DNA of 64,000 nt from positions 4,494,600 through 4,558,599 of the forward strand of contig NC_134036.1 in the NCBI RefSeq assembly GCF_964204645.1, written 5' to 3'. A program made the translations under genes and the position numbers. The notes under the pieces were generated by a model. It ran no database searches. It was not told where the DNA came from and was given only the letters and a program-made list of their open reading frames with translations. Shown here piece by piece: positions 63,376-64,000 of the stretch. The stretch comes from Tubulanus polymorphus. Its lineage: Eukaryota > Animalia > Nemertea. How positions within the stretch are numbered: the first letter of the stretch is position 1; every line of letters starts with the position of its first letter.

Positions 63376-64000
63376 CCGTAATACCACTCTAAAGCATGCC
63401 ACAATGCAATGAGAGCAGCCCCCTTCGACTAGTTCGCCATCTAGCGGACAATTAGTTCAATAGGTCAGTCAGGTTTTTATTGACACACCTCACGCGACAT
63501 TTTCATGGAAACTTTGATGATATTTTCCATATGGATACGAAAAACGAATGAACCGCTTGTTCCCTTTTTTATTGATGTCGCTTTAGGACTCTCTGCCAGC
63601 TATACTTTACACGAAACAACAGTGGAACAATATCTCATATCCGTAAGCAGCAAAGGTGGCCTTTTCCGCGAATAGCCCGCGTAATCTTCGAATCAGAACG
63701 GTGCATAATGGTTTATTGGTCCGTATTAGCAAAGCCTTACATTCTAAGATAAGAACCCACTACGTAAAAATTAAAACAATTTTAAAATCGAAAATTTATT
63801 TTAACAATCGAATTAAGCTTAAACCTATCTTATATTAGCAACTATTGATAAGTGTTTACAGAAAATAATGCTTCGCCCGAAAACTACTTTGCTCGAACGA
63901 ATTTAGGGCTCTCGGGCAAGATCACCTTACCAGACCGAAATCGGGATTCCCGTGGGGAGAGGTTCGCAATACTAACCTCCGTCCGAGCGGATTGAGGCTT
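63361..64000. repeat. third copy of the B-type GPCR 3' flank; another receptor copy probably lies just beyond the window
   Basis: Matches ~59335-59952 and ~55505-56042. Confidence 0.8.

Overview
This is eukaryotic animal DNA, CpG-rich and repeat-rich; the gene content points to a spiralian/lophotrochozoan invertebrate (inference, species not determined). Features in order: (1) tRNA-Gly(UCC). (2) A 3-exon gene (6313-9240, +) for a ~592-aa secreted Gly/Gln/Met/Tyr-rich repetitive protein with no Cys in the mature chain. (3) About 25 kb of non-coding DNA full of micro/minisatellites, MITE-like hairpins and SINEs, probably intronic to the CELF gene. (4) The first coding exon of a CELF3-6/Bruno-like RNA-binding protein (-). 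(5) A divergently transcribed gene encoding two TALE homeodomains plus a PADRE/MEINOX-like region, resembling the spiralian-specific TALE (SPILE) genes. (6) A tandem array of intronless rhodopsin-like GPCRs on the - strand: two intact, three frameshifted, one relic, and probably another just past the window end, with visible duplication junctions. Short Penelope-type minimal hammerhead-ribozyme elements are scattered through the window. One is an inverted dimer with a 12-bp target-site duplication inserted in the GPCR relic. All calls were made by eye, with no database searches.
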